From the NCBI GenBank assembly GCA_030390025.1, contig CM059431.1, positions 109,990,001 through 110,054,000 of the forward strand: a DNA stretch of 64,000 nucleotides, written 5' to 3'. Below the pieces are notes generated by a model. It saw only the letters and a list, made by a program, of their open reading frames with translations, was not told the origin of the DNA and searched no databases. Positions 12,101-26,015 of this stretch are shown here, piece by piece. The stretch is from Squalus acanthias. Its lineage: Eukaryota. Both the position numbers and the translations under genes were made by a program. Each line of letters starts with the position of its first letter. The stretch's first letter is position 1.

Positions 12101-15100
12101 AACATTCAGATTCTCCTAGCAGCTATTGCTCAAAATCCGAGACAGTACAAAGTACCCAGCAATGAGTGAATTATCCAGTTAGCCTCATTAATACTCAAGT
12201 TTTCATATCTCAAATGGCCATATAATTTTCTGCGCTGGGGGCTTGTTTTCTGGGCCTCCCACCCGGACTATCAGGCGGACAGCCGGCCGGCACGCTCAGC
12301 TGGTCAGCAGTCGGAGGTCCACTTGGGAGGAAAATCTACCCCTATATGCTCAAAAGTCATTTATGGATTTTTAATCCACTGATTCCAAGCCAAACATGGC
12401 AGAATTTTTACCATGTAACATAAGTTGTAGATTTAAAGTTAATTTAATACCAGTGTTCACTATTCCACAATCATTCTGGAATGCAAAGATAAACCCCGGC
12501 TTCTACTCTCCACTGCTAACCGTATTCTCAAACCCCTCTCCCCTGTCTCCTCCACCCTCACCTCTGACAAGAAGTGCGAGGAGCTCATGGACTTCTTCGT
12601 CTCTAAGATTGAGACCATCTGTTCAGCTGCCTCTGCCACTTCCCATCCTTCCCCTAGCCCACCGGGCCAAACTTCCTCTAAGGTTCCCCCCTGCCCTAGC
12701 CCTGAACTCGCATCTTTCTCCAGTTTCTCTCCGATCTCCCTCATGACCTCTCCGCGCTCATCTTGTCCATGAGACCCACTTCCTGCTCCCTTGACCCTAT
12801 TCCCACCAAACTGCTGACCACCCAACTTCCTTTTCTGGCTCCCATGTTAGCTGACATTGTTAACGGTTCTCTCTCCTCAGGTACTGTCTCCCTCGCCCTC
12901 AAATATGCCGTCATCACCCCTCTCCTCAAAAAACAACCCTTGACCCCCTCCATCCTTGCAAACTACCGCTCCATCTCCAACCTCCCTTTCCTCTCCAAAG
13001 TCCTTGAACGTCTTGTCGCCTCCCAAATCCGTGCCCATCTTTCCCTCAATTCCATGTTTGAATCCCTCCAATCAGGTTTCCGCCCCTGCCACAGTACCGA
13101 GACGGCTCTCATCAAAGTCACAAAAGACATTCTTTGTGACTTTGAAAAAGGTGAACTATCCCTCCTCATCCTTCTTGACTTGTCTGCAGCCTTTGACACG
13201 GTTGACCATTCCATCCTTCGCCAACGCCTCTCCACCGTCGTCCAGCTGGGTGGGACTGCACTTGCCTGGTTCCATTCTTATCTGTCTGATCGTAGCCAGA
13301 GAATCTCCTGCAACGGTTTCATTTCCAGCTCCCGCATCATTACCACCGGTGTCCCCCAAGGATCTATCCTTGGCCCCCTCCTATTTCTCATCTACATCTT
13401 GCCCCTTGGCGGCATAATTTGAAAACACAGCGTCAGTTTCCACATGTACGCTGATGACACCCAGCTCTACCTCACCACCACTTCTCTCGACCCCTCCACG
13501 GTCTCTAAATTGTCACACTGCTTGTCCGACATCCAGTTCTGGATGAGCAAAAATCTTCTCCAATTAAATATTGGGAAGACCGAAGCCATTGTTTTCAGTC
13601 CCCGCCACAAACTCCGTTCCCTAGCCACTGACTCCATCCCTCCCTCTAACATCTGCCTGAGGCTGAACCACACTGTTCACAACCTTGGTGTCATATTTGA
13701 CCGATAGGAGCTTCCGACCACATATCCGCAGCATAACCAAGGCCACCTATATCTACCTCTGTAACATTGCCCGTCTCTGCCCCTGCCTCAGCTCATCCGC
13801 TGCTGAAACCCTCATCTACGCCTTTGTTACCTCTAGACTGGACTATTCCAACGCACTCCTGGCTGGCCTCCCACATTCTACCCTACGTAAACTTGAGGTG
13901 ATCCAAAACTCGGCTGCCCGTGTCCTAACTCGTACCAAGTCCCGTTCACCCATCACCCCTGTGCTCACTGACCTACACTGGCTCCCGGTTAAGCAACGCC
14001 TCGATTTCAAATCCCTCCATGGCCTCGCCCCTTCCTATCTCTGTAATCTCCTTCAGCACCCCCCCCCCCCCCCCCCCCGAGATATCTGCGCTCCTCTAAT
14101 TCTGCCCTCTTGAGCATCTCTGATTATAATCGCTCAACCATTGGTCGTCGTGCCTTCTGTTGCCTGGACCCTAAGCTCTGAAATTCCCTGCCTAAACCTC
14201 TCCGCCTCTCTACCTCTCTCTCCTCCTTCAAGATGCTCCTTAAAATCTACCTCTTTGACCAAGCTTTTGGTCACCTGCCCTAATTTCTCCTGATGTGGCT
14301 CGGTGTCAAATTTTTTTCTTATAATACTCCTGTGAAGCACCTTGGGACGTTTTACTACGTTAAAGGCGATATAAAAATACAAGTTGTTGTTGTAGTAGTG
14401 CCAGAATAAGCTTGAAATTGAATAACCTTTGCTTTTTGTGATCAGAATTTTTTTTATATAAAAATGAGACGAATGACTAGATTATCAATTTTAAATGGCA
14501 TTGGTTGTGGGATAAATTTTGGCCAGGACACTGAGAACGCCCCTGCTCTTCGGCCAATAGTGCCATGAGATCTTTTACAGCATCTGAGGGGGGCAGACAG
14601 AGCTTTGATTTTATGTCTCATCCGAAAGACAGCAGCTCTGACAGTGCAGCTCCCCAGTCCTGCACTGGAGTGTTGGCCTTGATTTTGTGTTCAAGTCCTG
14701 GAGTGGGCCTTGCACCCACGATGTTCGGACTCAGAAGTGAGAGTGTTAGATTAGAAACAACCCTGGATTATAGATTCCATTTTAGGAAAGGAGTTTTTTT
14801 TTTATATACACATTTAAAAAAAAACTAAAACCTCACCCATTGTCAATCCTCTTCTTTTTCAGAACCTTTGCCAGTTTATTTAGACGGCGAAGTCCTATTG
14901 TAATCTCATCGTGCATGCTTTCATCATCAATTCTCATCTGTGCTTCAGCATACGTGAGTGATGCCTGTTACACAGCCCAAAAGTAAATCAATACAAATAC
15001 AAACACCACATTTGCTTCCCACGGCCTCCAGAATACATCCTCAGGATTCAAAATGAAACTGCAATAATATAGCTTTTGCCACTGAATATTTTTATTAAAT

Positions 15101-18100
15101 AGGATAATACTTCAAAGGCATTAGATTCCGCCATGATTAAATGTGTATTCAGGAACCTACGGGACAGCATTTTTATGCCATGCACAATGTCCACAGCTTG
15201 CTTTTCAGTTAATACATACAAAAATTGTCAGTAAAAAAAATGACAGGCTATTGTGTCTGAATATACGATAAAACAAAGGATATTGAGGTTTAATAGGATA
15301 ATACTATGGAATATTGAATTTTCATCACTTGTACATATGGAACACAACAATAGATACCTAGGAATGATTAAAATGCTGTAATCTAATCTCTCGGATTCAG
15401 ATTTTATCAGCACTTCACAATTATCATCTGCACTGCAGGATTAGGTTCGTGCCATGTAACTAAAAAAAGGATTTTTTTTAAAAATACGTATATATTGTAA
15501 ACTCGGTCGGGTTATTTAGATCACTTTCTGTTCTGGGCGCAGCATTTCTCTGAAGCAGATGACTGCCAGCACAATCGGTGTCAACACTTCATTGGCATTA
15601 AGATCTACCATGATTGTGATATTATAATACCACCATCCTGACTTAGAAGTATATCGCCGATCCTTCATCGTCGCTGGGTCAAAATCCTGGAACTCCCTCC
15701 CTAACAGCACTGTGGGAGCACCTTCACCACACGGACTGCAGCGGTTCAAGAAGGCGGCTCACCACCACCTTCTCAAGGGCAATTTGGGATGGGCAATAAA
15801 TGCTGGCCTTGCCAGCGACACTCACATCCCATAGACGAATTTTAAAAAATTGCAAATTTATCCAGCATTAACTGGCAGTTCATTACTTTAAATTTCTTTG
15901 GGTAGTTAGTATATGTTACATCGCGCCTCATAAATCAAAGACACCCGGGTAAGGTACTGGCATGAAGTATAAAATGTTTCAATAAAAGACAATGATTTAT
16001 GTGCGAGATGGCATAAATCATACCTCTAGGTTTGTATGCCATAAAAAATTGTGAGAAGATGAAATTCAAACAAGAGATTTTTTTTTATGGCTTAAAAAAA
16101 AATGGGATCACTTAAGGATTAAAGTAGATATGGTTCAAAATGTTTCTTGTGTTCACACAAATTTATTCCTGGGGAAATGGAATGTGAGCTTGTATTTCAA
16201 AGATGTGACTAATGTTTGTTACATTATATCTTGGATAAAGCTTTCAGGCCCCCACCCCCCTTCTCTTTTACTTTTCATCATCTTCCCTGTTCCCTCTCCC
16301 CAGCCACACAACCAACACATTAAGCAGCCACATCGGGGAGAGTGGAGTGAATGAAAGACATTCTTGGGTACACTGCATAAAAAATATTACTTTACCTTAG
16401 AATTAATAACACTTTTTGTAAACATAGTATGTAGGATTTCAGCATTTTGTGTCATTTCCCAAATGCAAGAAAATGCAAACCTATAAAAAAGGAAAAAAAT
16501 AAATAGAAAACGAGTTAAGTGACTGTCAAAAATTTCAAGTTAAAAAAGGAACTGATTTATCAAATTATTACAAATGTAGTCTGTGGTCATCATTATTTTT
16601 AGACCTCGTGGAAGTGGCAACTTCTTCGCAGATATCGGACAATTTCACTGTCTGCTGGGAAGTGGTGAAAGAGCTCATCTAATTTGGTCACTAAGCAGCT
16701 GGGTGGGGTAGAAGAAAGGAGGGAGGACAGTGTACTTGTCTTTCAATCAGTGCCTCTCAATGGCATAGTTAAGATCAGGAAACAAACAAGTATGAATATA
16801 GGACAAGCACGGAAAAATAAGTTACCTCTCCACGTTGGATCTTAAGGAGCAAAGATTTGAGCTGAGCAGTTCTGGAACCATGTCAATTCTCTATTGCAAA
16901 ACAAAAAAAAACAAAAAAATCAGTACTTTTGATATAGTGTCATCCTGTTATTGTACTTGTACTGAAATAAAAACAATACAACTCCTAGAACTACTAGTTT
17001 CATAAATGAAACAGCATGAACGTGTCTTCTACCTGCACAACTCAAACGTCAATACCATTATGCCTGCATTGTCGTATTTAATGTTTATAAAATAATTATG
17101 GTTAGGCACAAACCAAGTCCAATTAAAAATAGAGTATTTCAAAATTATTTTGATTAAAATTAGAATTCGAATTGTAGCATCCTTACCTTCTCGCAAAGGT
17201 ATACTGTGGTCCCTCGAGTTGCTGACTCCTGGTCCAGAGCATTGCCAGGGCGGATGAAATGGCTCACGTCTGCTATATGTACGCCAACCTGTTTTTGAAC
17301 ATTCATAGATAATATTATTATTCCTAAAGTGCTCAGACAAGATCTCAAATCAGATTCCAATTAAGGAATAAAACGAAATGACCACTGATAATCACACAGA
17401 GGGTTGTAGTGCTGGGGTCGTACAAACTCTGAATGTTACCAGTATTAGAGCATTTTATGCTTTTACATTTTACCACACGAACACGTTGTAAAAATAGAAC
17501 AAATTAATTAGTAGGAATGGAAGAATGCAAAATTATCTTATCAGGAGCATAAGAAACGTATTCACCCTCAGGAGCACAGTTGTTTTCCCAACATTACTCA
17601 GTGAATTATTTTGCTTATCCCGCCATTCCAAAGTTATTCTATTATCAGAAGTAGAAACAAATTAAATTCAATCATACCCAAGTATTCAGGTTTGTTGAAT
17701 GTTTAACTTTCCAATTTAACAAGGGATACGTTGGTGTGATCAGCAATATATGAACAAGCTACTCCATTGGTCAGTTCTGATAAAGGTAACACCCAAAACA
17801 TTAACCTCTCTTTCTCGTTCAGAAGCCACAGTGAACGCAATAGTTTAAATAAAAACAGATTTCTGCACAAAATATTTCTTATTTCAATACTAGCATTTCA
17901 TTTCACATCTACTTCACTCTGGAACCAATTGGTCACATTAAGTGCTTCAGTCAACCTGCTAAACTACGCTCAATTCAAAGGTAACATACACATAGGAATT
18001 AGTTATTGCTTAAAATGAATACTTGTCACAAAGAAGATTCTAGAATATGAAAGTTATGTGATGCCAGCACCAGATGATCCTGGGACTTCAAAATATCTCT

Positions 18101-21100
18101 ATTACATCTTTTAATTTCTTGACTTTTGAGTATTTATTTCCAACTTTTTTCTCTTTAATCCAATTTCTTTCTATGCTGGTATTTCTGTACCATTCTCTTG
18201 CTTCTATTACCACCTCATTACTTTACCTTACAGCACTTTGATTTCCAAGATGACAATAATGAAAACAAATATTAGTTCAAGAAAGATTTCCCTAATAAAA
18301 TCTCAGCGTACATCATTCGGACCAGGGGGAACACCAGATCATAGTTGGGGTAAGCTCCAAACTGGGGTGGTCCCCAGGAGAGCCCAAGACTGCCATTGCA
18401 CCATAGACAAAAGGAACAGATGCAGGGGAAACACTTAGGAAAATCAAAAGCGACAATTCTAACCTATTTTGAATTGCGTGAATGGAGACAAGGGTGGGAT
18501 CATGGGGAGATCCAAAGGTGGTGGACAGAATGGGTGGCCAAGGATTGAGTTTAACCATTACTGCCCATCAAGAACAAAATCTAGTCCAAGTGTCTGTGGA
18601 AAGTCAGAAATCACCCATCACCACCAACACTTATCCTCCTCAATCAATATGTCTGATGTGAAGTTAGATATGGAGAGGCATAACCAACCAAATCCTGAAT
18701 AATGCAACAATCCTGTTCTGATACTAAAACTTAGCTTCAAAACTACATCTAATTTCATCATGATGCTACTGAATAAAAAGTGTGCTGTTAAATAATCTCT
18801 CATAAAACAAACAGCTGGCCCCAAGTGTCCCCCTGGTTGAGGAAGGTAAAAGTTAGTTGAGGTTCCCACTCCCGAGCACTGTTGTGACCCCACTGGAAGA
18901 ATAGGTGTTTGGACTTTGGGCGAGGACAAGATCTGGCTCAGCTGCGATGGGCTCCTACCCTCAAGTAACCCACCAACACTCACTGTCCAATCTCATACAA
19001 AAAGAATGGTCACCCAGTTGAGGTGCTAGACGACCAATAGCATTTGTGGGACCATATCCAAGCATGCAAAGATAAACCCCAGCTTCTATTCTCTACTGCT
19101 AACCGTCTTCTTAAACCCGTCCCTCCTGTCTCCTCCACCCTCACCTCCGACAAGTGCGAGGAGCTCATGGACCTCTGTCTCTAAAATTGAGACCATCCGT
19201 TCAGCCGCCTCTGTCACTTCCCTTCCTTCCCCTAGCCCACCGGGCCAAACTTCCTCTAAGGTTCCCCCCTGCCCTAGCCCTGAACTCACATCTTTCTCCA
19301 GTTTCTCTCTGATCTCCCCTCATGACCTCTCTGCACTCATCTTGTCCATGAGACTCCCATCCTGCTCCCGCGACCCTATTCCCACCAAACTGCTGACCAC
19401 CCAACTTCCTTTTCTGGCTCCCATGTTAGCTGGCATTGCTAATGGTTTTCTCTCCTCAGGTACAATCCCCCTCTCCCTCAAATATGCCATCATCACCCCT
19501 CTCAAAAATCCAACCCTTGACCTCTCCGTCCTTGCAAACTACCACTCCATCTCCAACCTCCCTTTCCTCTCCAAAGTCCTTGAACGTGTTATCACCTCCC
19601 AAATCCGTGCCCATCTTTCCCGCAATTCCACGTTTGAATCCCTCCAATCAGGCTTCCACCCCTGCCACAGTACCGAGACGGCTCTCATCTCATGACATCC
19701 TTTGTGACTGTGAAAAAGGTAAACTATCCCTCCTCGTCCTTCTTGACTTGTCTGCAGCCTTTGACACGGTTGACCACTCCATCCTTCTCCAACACCTCTC
19801 CACCGCTGTCCAGCTGGGTGGGACTGCACTCACCTGGTTCCATTCTTATCTATCTAATCGTAGCCAGAGATTCACATGCAATGGCTTCTCTTCCCGCTCC
19901 CGCATCATTACCTCCGGTGTCCCCCAAGGATCTATCCTTGGCCCCCTCCTATTTCTCATCTACATCTTGCCCCTTGGCGACATCATCCGAAAACACAGCG
20001 TCAGTTTCCACATGTACGCTGAGGACACCCAGCTCTACCTCACTACCACGTCTCTCGACCCCTCCACGGTCTCTAAATTGTCAGACTGCTTGTCCGACAT
20101 CCAGTTCTGGATGAGCAGAAATTTTCTCCAATTAAATATTGGGAAGACCGAAGCCATTGTTTTCGGTCCCCGCCACAAACTCCGTTCCCTAGCCACTGAC
20201 TCCATCCCTCTGCCTAATATTTGTCGGAGGCTGAACCACACTGTTCACAACCTTGGTGTCATATTTGACCCTGAAAGGAGCTTCCCACCGCATATCCGCG
20301 GCATAACAAAGACTGCCTATTTCCACCTCCGTAGCATCGCCCGTCTCCGCCCTTGCGTCAGCTCATCCGCTGCTGAAAACCTCATCCATGCTTTTGTTAC
20401 CTCTAGAATTGACTATTCCAACGCACTCCTGGCTGGCCTCCCACGTTCTACACTACGTAAACTTGAGGTCATCCAAAACTTGGCTGCCCGTGTCCTAACT
20501 CGCACCAAGTCCTGTTCACTCATCACCCCTGTGCTCGCTGACCTACATTGGCTCCCGGTTAAGCGATGCCACGATTTCAAAATTCTCATCCTTGTTTTCA
20601 AATCCCTCCATGGCCTCGCCCCTCCCTATCTCTGTAATCTCCTCCAGCCCCACAACCTCCCAAGATATCTGCGCTCCTCTAATTCTGCCCTCTTGAGCAT
20701 CCCTGATTATAATCGCTCAACCTTTGGTGGCCGTGCCTTCTGTTGCCTAGGCCCTAAGCTCTGGAATTCCCTCCCTACACATCTCCGCCTCGCTACCTCT
20801 CTTTCCTCCTTTAAGACGCTCCTTAAAACCTACCTCTTGGACCAAGCTTTTGGTCACCTGCCCTAATTTATCCTTATATGGCTTGGTGTCAAATTTTTTG
20901 TCTTATAATACTCCTGTTAAGCGCCTTGGCACGTTTTACTACGTTAAAGGCGCTATATAAATACAAGTTGTTGTTGTTGAGTTGCTGCCTTCTGGATAGG
21001 TGAAGTGAAGGACCTGAAGGCTTTGGCAAGGGTACAGATGAGATTTACTGGAATGGTTCCCGGGATGAGGGATTAGTTACGTGGATAGACTGGAAAAGCT

Positions 21101-24100
21101 GGGGTTCTTCTCCTTGGAGCAGAGAAGGCTAAGAGGAGATTTAATTGAGGTGTTTAAAATCATGGCGTGTTTAGATTGAGTAAATAAAGAGAAACTGTTT
21201 TCAATGGCTGAAGGGTCGATAACCAAAGGGCACAGATTTAAGGTAATCGGCAAAAGAACCAGAGGCGAACAGGAGCAAAAACTTTTTTACGCAGCGAGTG
21301 GTTAGGATTAGAATGCACTGCCTGATAGGGTGGTGGGTACAGACTCAATAGTAGCCTTCAAAAGGGAATTGGATAAATACTTGAAGGAGAATAAATTGCA
21401 GGGATATGGAGAAAGAACGGGGGGAGTGGGACTAACTGGACTGCTCTTCAAAAGAGCCAGCGCAGACTCGATGGGCCGAATTCTGTGTTGTCTACTATAT
21501 GATTCTATGATGTGAGAAAAATGGAGCAAAAAAAATTTGTAGGCAAATACAACTTTTTTTTTGAAAAATAAAAATGCTTAACTGTTCAACAATCAGTTTG
21601 GATTGCTGAAGGGTTAAAAATAGAAAGAGGCAATTAGAAGCCAGTGAAATAAGTATGCCCCCTCCTTAACCAACCAGCATTAAAAAACATCCTTCCACTA
21701 TGTAACCACATCTGACATTTAAGCATTTACAAAAGTAATTGAATCAACCTAATTTCGTAACGTTAAGAAGAAGTACCTCAGCAACAGAGAAAAAAAAAAT
21801 CGGTGTTTAAGGAAATGCATCCTGTAGTATAATGCAGTTATAATTATATGTTTTGTTTGTGATATGGTGGTACTTTATGTTATTTCTTGTATACTGGTCA
21901 TCTCCAATTGTGTTGCTCATGGTAGATAGGAAGATGTGCTGTTGTACAAGGACAGGAGTGTTATACCATGTACTGTAGAATGTATTATACTATTGCTAAG
22001 GTGAAGTTGTATCCTTTACAAGATTACAAAGTCTAGTTGCTGTTAAATAAACACTGGGTGAGCCCATTCAGAATTCTATTCGTGTTTAGGCTGCAGGTCA
22101 TAAACATGGCTTTTTATTAAAGTGTTATTCCCAAGATAAATTAAGAGGCTGCAGATATTCTGACTCTGAAATTTTCTGTTGCTGGAGAGTTTCTACACAT
22201 CGTAAATGACTGCCTTTGTTTCATATCATTTTGAAACACGATGTAGAAATGTTAATGCGATAGCTGAGGGGCACGAAAAGGAATTGTACGCTAGGTATAT
22301 TGTCCTTATTGCATTAACTAGATGATCTCCAGAGGTGAGTCAAAGGATATGCTGTTTCATAACATGAGGGGTGTAATGCCATATAATGCACAACTTACAA
22401 GGTCACCAATGTATTGTGATTGAATGAGTCAAGCTCCATTTTTATTACATGGCACCCAATGGGATTTTTAAACGGTGTTTTGGGGATGGCGTTTCATGCA
22501 AATGTCCATTTTTCTCCTCTGGGCCCCATTGCTGACTCATTCTAGCTCCCCCACCCAAACAGGCCCCAACTGGCAGCCAATATTCTGCAGCACCAAAGTG
22601 ACGAGCTGCAGTGGAACGCCTACTTGATGCCCTCAACTCACTGATAAAATGTTTTAAAAAAGAGGCCGGAACCTGAAAATGTTCTGGTCTTCCATAAGCG
22701 GCCTTGGGCGGGCGCCCCGCCAATATCGCACCCATTTTGGGCCTGACTTGAACATCTCCTTCGGGTACCTGACAACAGCACTGGGGCAGACGGAGTCGTG
22801 AAGTGTCGCAGAAGGACAGGAGGGGTAGGGGCCCTGGTGTTTGTATGCACTGAGAGCGATGGTCCTGGGGTCAGCTTTGGGGCGCAGATGTTGTGAAATA
22901 TCTAACTTTTTTCACAATTTTATTATGTTGCAAACCTCATTTTGAGCCCTTAAGCGGTGAGGCTAAAGAGAATAAAATGGTACATTAATTTTTGTTTAGG
23001 TGTGTTTTTAATGATTTGATTGGCTCATCTACACCTCTAAGAAATTTGCATATTACTGAATTACAAACAAACAAACTAGATCATAAAATGTTTTAAAAAC
23101 TGTTACTACAATCTTTTTCTCTGGCTCTATCTAAAGTTCTGTTCCAAGTCAAAAAGAGGAATTCCTAATCAAGCTTTTAACCAGATCCAAGTGTATATTT
23201 CATATCAGAATTTACCTCCAGATTTCCATTTTCTAACTCTCGACAATGCAGAGCATCATCAATATCAGTACATCCAGGAGGGTCCACACTGCAGATATAG
23301 AGATGTCTTAGGTCCATCCTCTCTTTCAAGTCCTGCAATAATGAAGAACTGTCACTAAATGGATAGATTACATGAATTATGTCTGCTAAGAAAAAAAATC
23401 TAATTTAAGATACATGAAATTTTTCAATGTTTAAAAATCAATGGCCCAGAATTTGCGGTCCTGATGATGGCGGCGAACTGGCAGCGTTCACTGCCATTAC
23501 GCCTTTGAAACGGACCGCAACTTGGATTTAGCGCGAGCGCAGCCTAATGCAGATATCCTGAAGTTGCGGTCGGTCATTCACTGCTACAACACTGGCTGCG
23601 CTGTGGAACTATTTAAAAGTTTGTTTTTTTCAAAAACCACAGAATTTCCACACATTCTAATCTAAGTGCTTATAATCTTTTGTACTGAACCCAAAAGAGA
23701 CAAGATACTTGACTTTCAAATGCATTCATTATAAAAGTACATTAGAATTTAACATAACATAACATATGGTTGTGCTGGCCTGTGTCTTTTTTAGCCCAAC
23801 AATCACAACACAGCTACTAAACTTGGTAAAATGTCAAAAAATCCTACTTCTTTATCTGAATTTGCACCTAGTGGGGCGAGAGAATGTCTGACGTGTTGCT
23901 CTTTGCTTTCCAAAGTGTAGAGGTACAGCAAGATATGAAAATTGTGGTGTTCTGCACTTCAACATCCTCTCTGTGCTGAAAGAATTAGAGTCTGACATTT
24001 AATACGATACCTGTTCTGTGATTAGCCATGGCATCTTGGGTAGAAAACTGAGAACAGCCTGTGAGAAAGGCTGATGAGGGACATCGTGCTCCAGCAGAAG

Positions 24101-25976
24101 AACTTCAGTTTCCGTTTCCTTATCTCCAGCATTTCCTAGACTTCTGACAAAGTGGCCCTGTACAAATCCAAACACAGCGCATACATTTCTGATTATATTT
24201 TATTGTCCATTTCCCCTTTTCTTTAGAGGTCAGAGTCCAGCTGGGGTATGATTCCAGCAGCACCAACCAAACTCCAGTGCCTCACTCAAGCAGCTGTTCT
24301 GCAGGCATGAGTCTGGACAGCAAGTGTCAGCAACCTATTCAACGGTGAGGGGATATCACAGCCTAGCCTGATTATGTCTCCTTTGGTCTCCTTATCTGAG
24401 GAAGGACATACTTGCCTTAGAGGCGGTGCAACAAAGGTTCACTAGATTGATCCCTGGGATGAGAGGGTTGTCCTCTGAGGAGAGATTGAGCCTATACTCT
24501 CTGGAGTTTAGAAGAATGAGAGGTGATCTCATTGAAACATATAGGATTCTGAGGGTGTCTGACAGGGTAGATGCTGAGAGGTTGTTTCCCCTGACTGGAG
24601 AGTTGAGAATGAGGGCATAGTCTCAGGTTAAGGGGTCGGCCATTTAAGACTGAGATGAGGAATTTCTTCACTCAGAGGGTTGTGAATCTTTGGAATTCTC
24701 TACCCCAAAGGGCTGTGGATGCTGAATTGTTGAGTATATTCAAGAATGAGATAGATTGATTTTTGGACTCTAAGGGAATCAAGGGATTTGGGGATCGGGC
24801 GGGAAAGTGGAGTTGGGGTCGAAGATCAGCCATGATCTTATTAAATGGCAGAGCAGGCTCAAAGGGCCGTATGGCCTACTCCTGCTCCTAATTCTTATGC
24901 CCTTACTCAATGACCTCACCAAATGCACTTTCAAGTCAGAGTTACTGGACAGGTGCAGCAATGCTGGTTGAATTTGCCCTTTCTATCCAAGGATGCCAAG
25001 GCCAACTGTAACATCCAAGCTGAGAAACAGTGTGGACTGGAATCAAACCTAGGATCGTCTGGTCTGTATGGCTCAGCTGGGTACTCTGCTGTGCATCAAA
25101 ATAGCCATTGTGGAGATGAGCAATTCATATATACATCACACACCCCTCTCAAATTACTTAACTTCTGAACATTTGCTTTTACAGCTAGGGTAATATCTAT
25201 TTGTACAGCTCATATTATATATTAGTATAGTATTTAAATATCTGAAATAAAGATTTAATCTTACATTGGGGAGTTTTTGATATAGAATATATCTCCAACG
25301 AAGAATATCTATTGACATGAGAATCACAAAGGTTTATGCTTTTATATTGCCTGGGGGCAGAACTATAAGAGGCAGGGAAGACAACATAATGGCCCGGAAT
25401 TTGCAATGGGCAATAACAGCATACGAATAGAGTTCGCTGTTATTACCCCTTTGAAACTGACCGCAACTTCAGGACGTAGAGCATGCGGATTCTAATGCAG
25501 AAATCCTGAAGTTGCGGTCAGTCATTCACTGCTCCGACACTGGCTGCGCTGTGGCTCCGCCCCCCCCACCCACAGCAGGCAATCAGTGTAATCAGGGAAA
25601 CTGACGAAAACTTCGGCTTTTCCGCGGTAATATCGCTGTTAAATACCCCCTTTTGGATTAGGTATAACTGGGGTTTTAACAGCTTATTGACTGCTAAACA
25701 AACGTTAAGGCCCTGAAAAACTAATTTAATAAAAGTTTAAATTTTTAAGAAACTTTAATTTTTTTTTTAACGTTTGTTCAGCTTTATTTCAGGTTTATCT
25801 TTTCTCCATGCGAGAGCCCCAATTTTTGTTTTGCTCTCTAACTTAGAATCAAAGGAGCTTACTCACTTCCTGGTTCTCGGTCTGTGAGAATTCTGCATTG
25901 CGATTGGCTGCTTAGACAGCTTGTTGACGTCACAGCAGCTCACGTTAGGGATTCCCCATTAACCTACACTGATGTC

Positions 25977-26015
<39 letters not shown>

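Noticed and set aside
19436..20866. 476-aa ORF as a host gene or novel RT system
   Set aside because: It is a 5'-truncated L2 RT with an upstream frameshift and YADD changed to YAED.
21822..22440. Possible solo LTR (TG...CA, AATAAA, following TGG)
   Set aside because: No second LTR, TSD or convincing primer-binding site.
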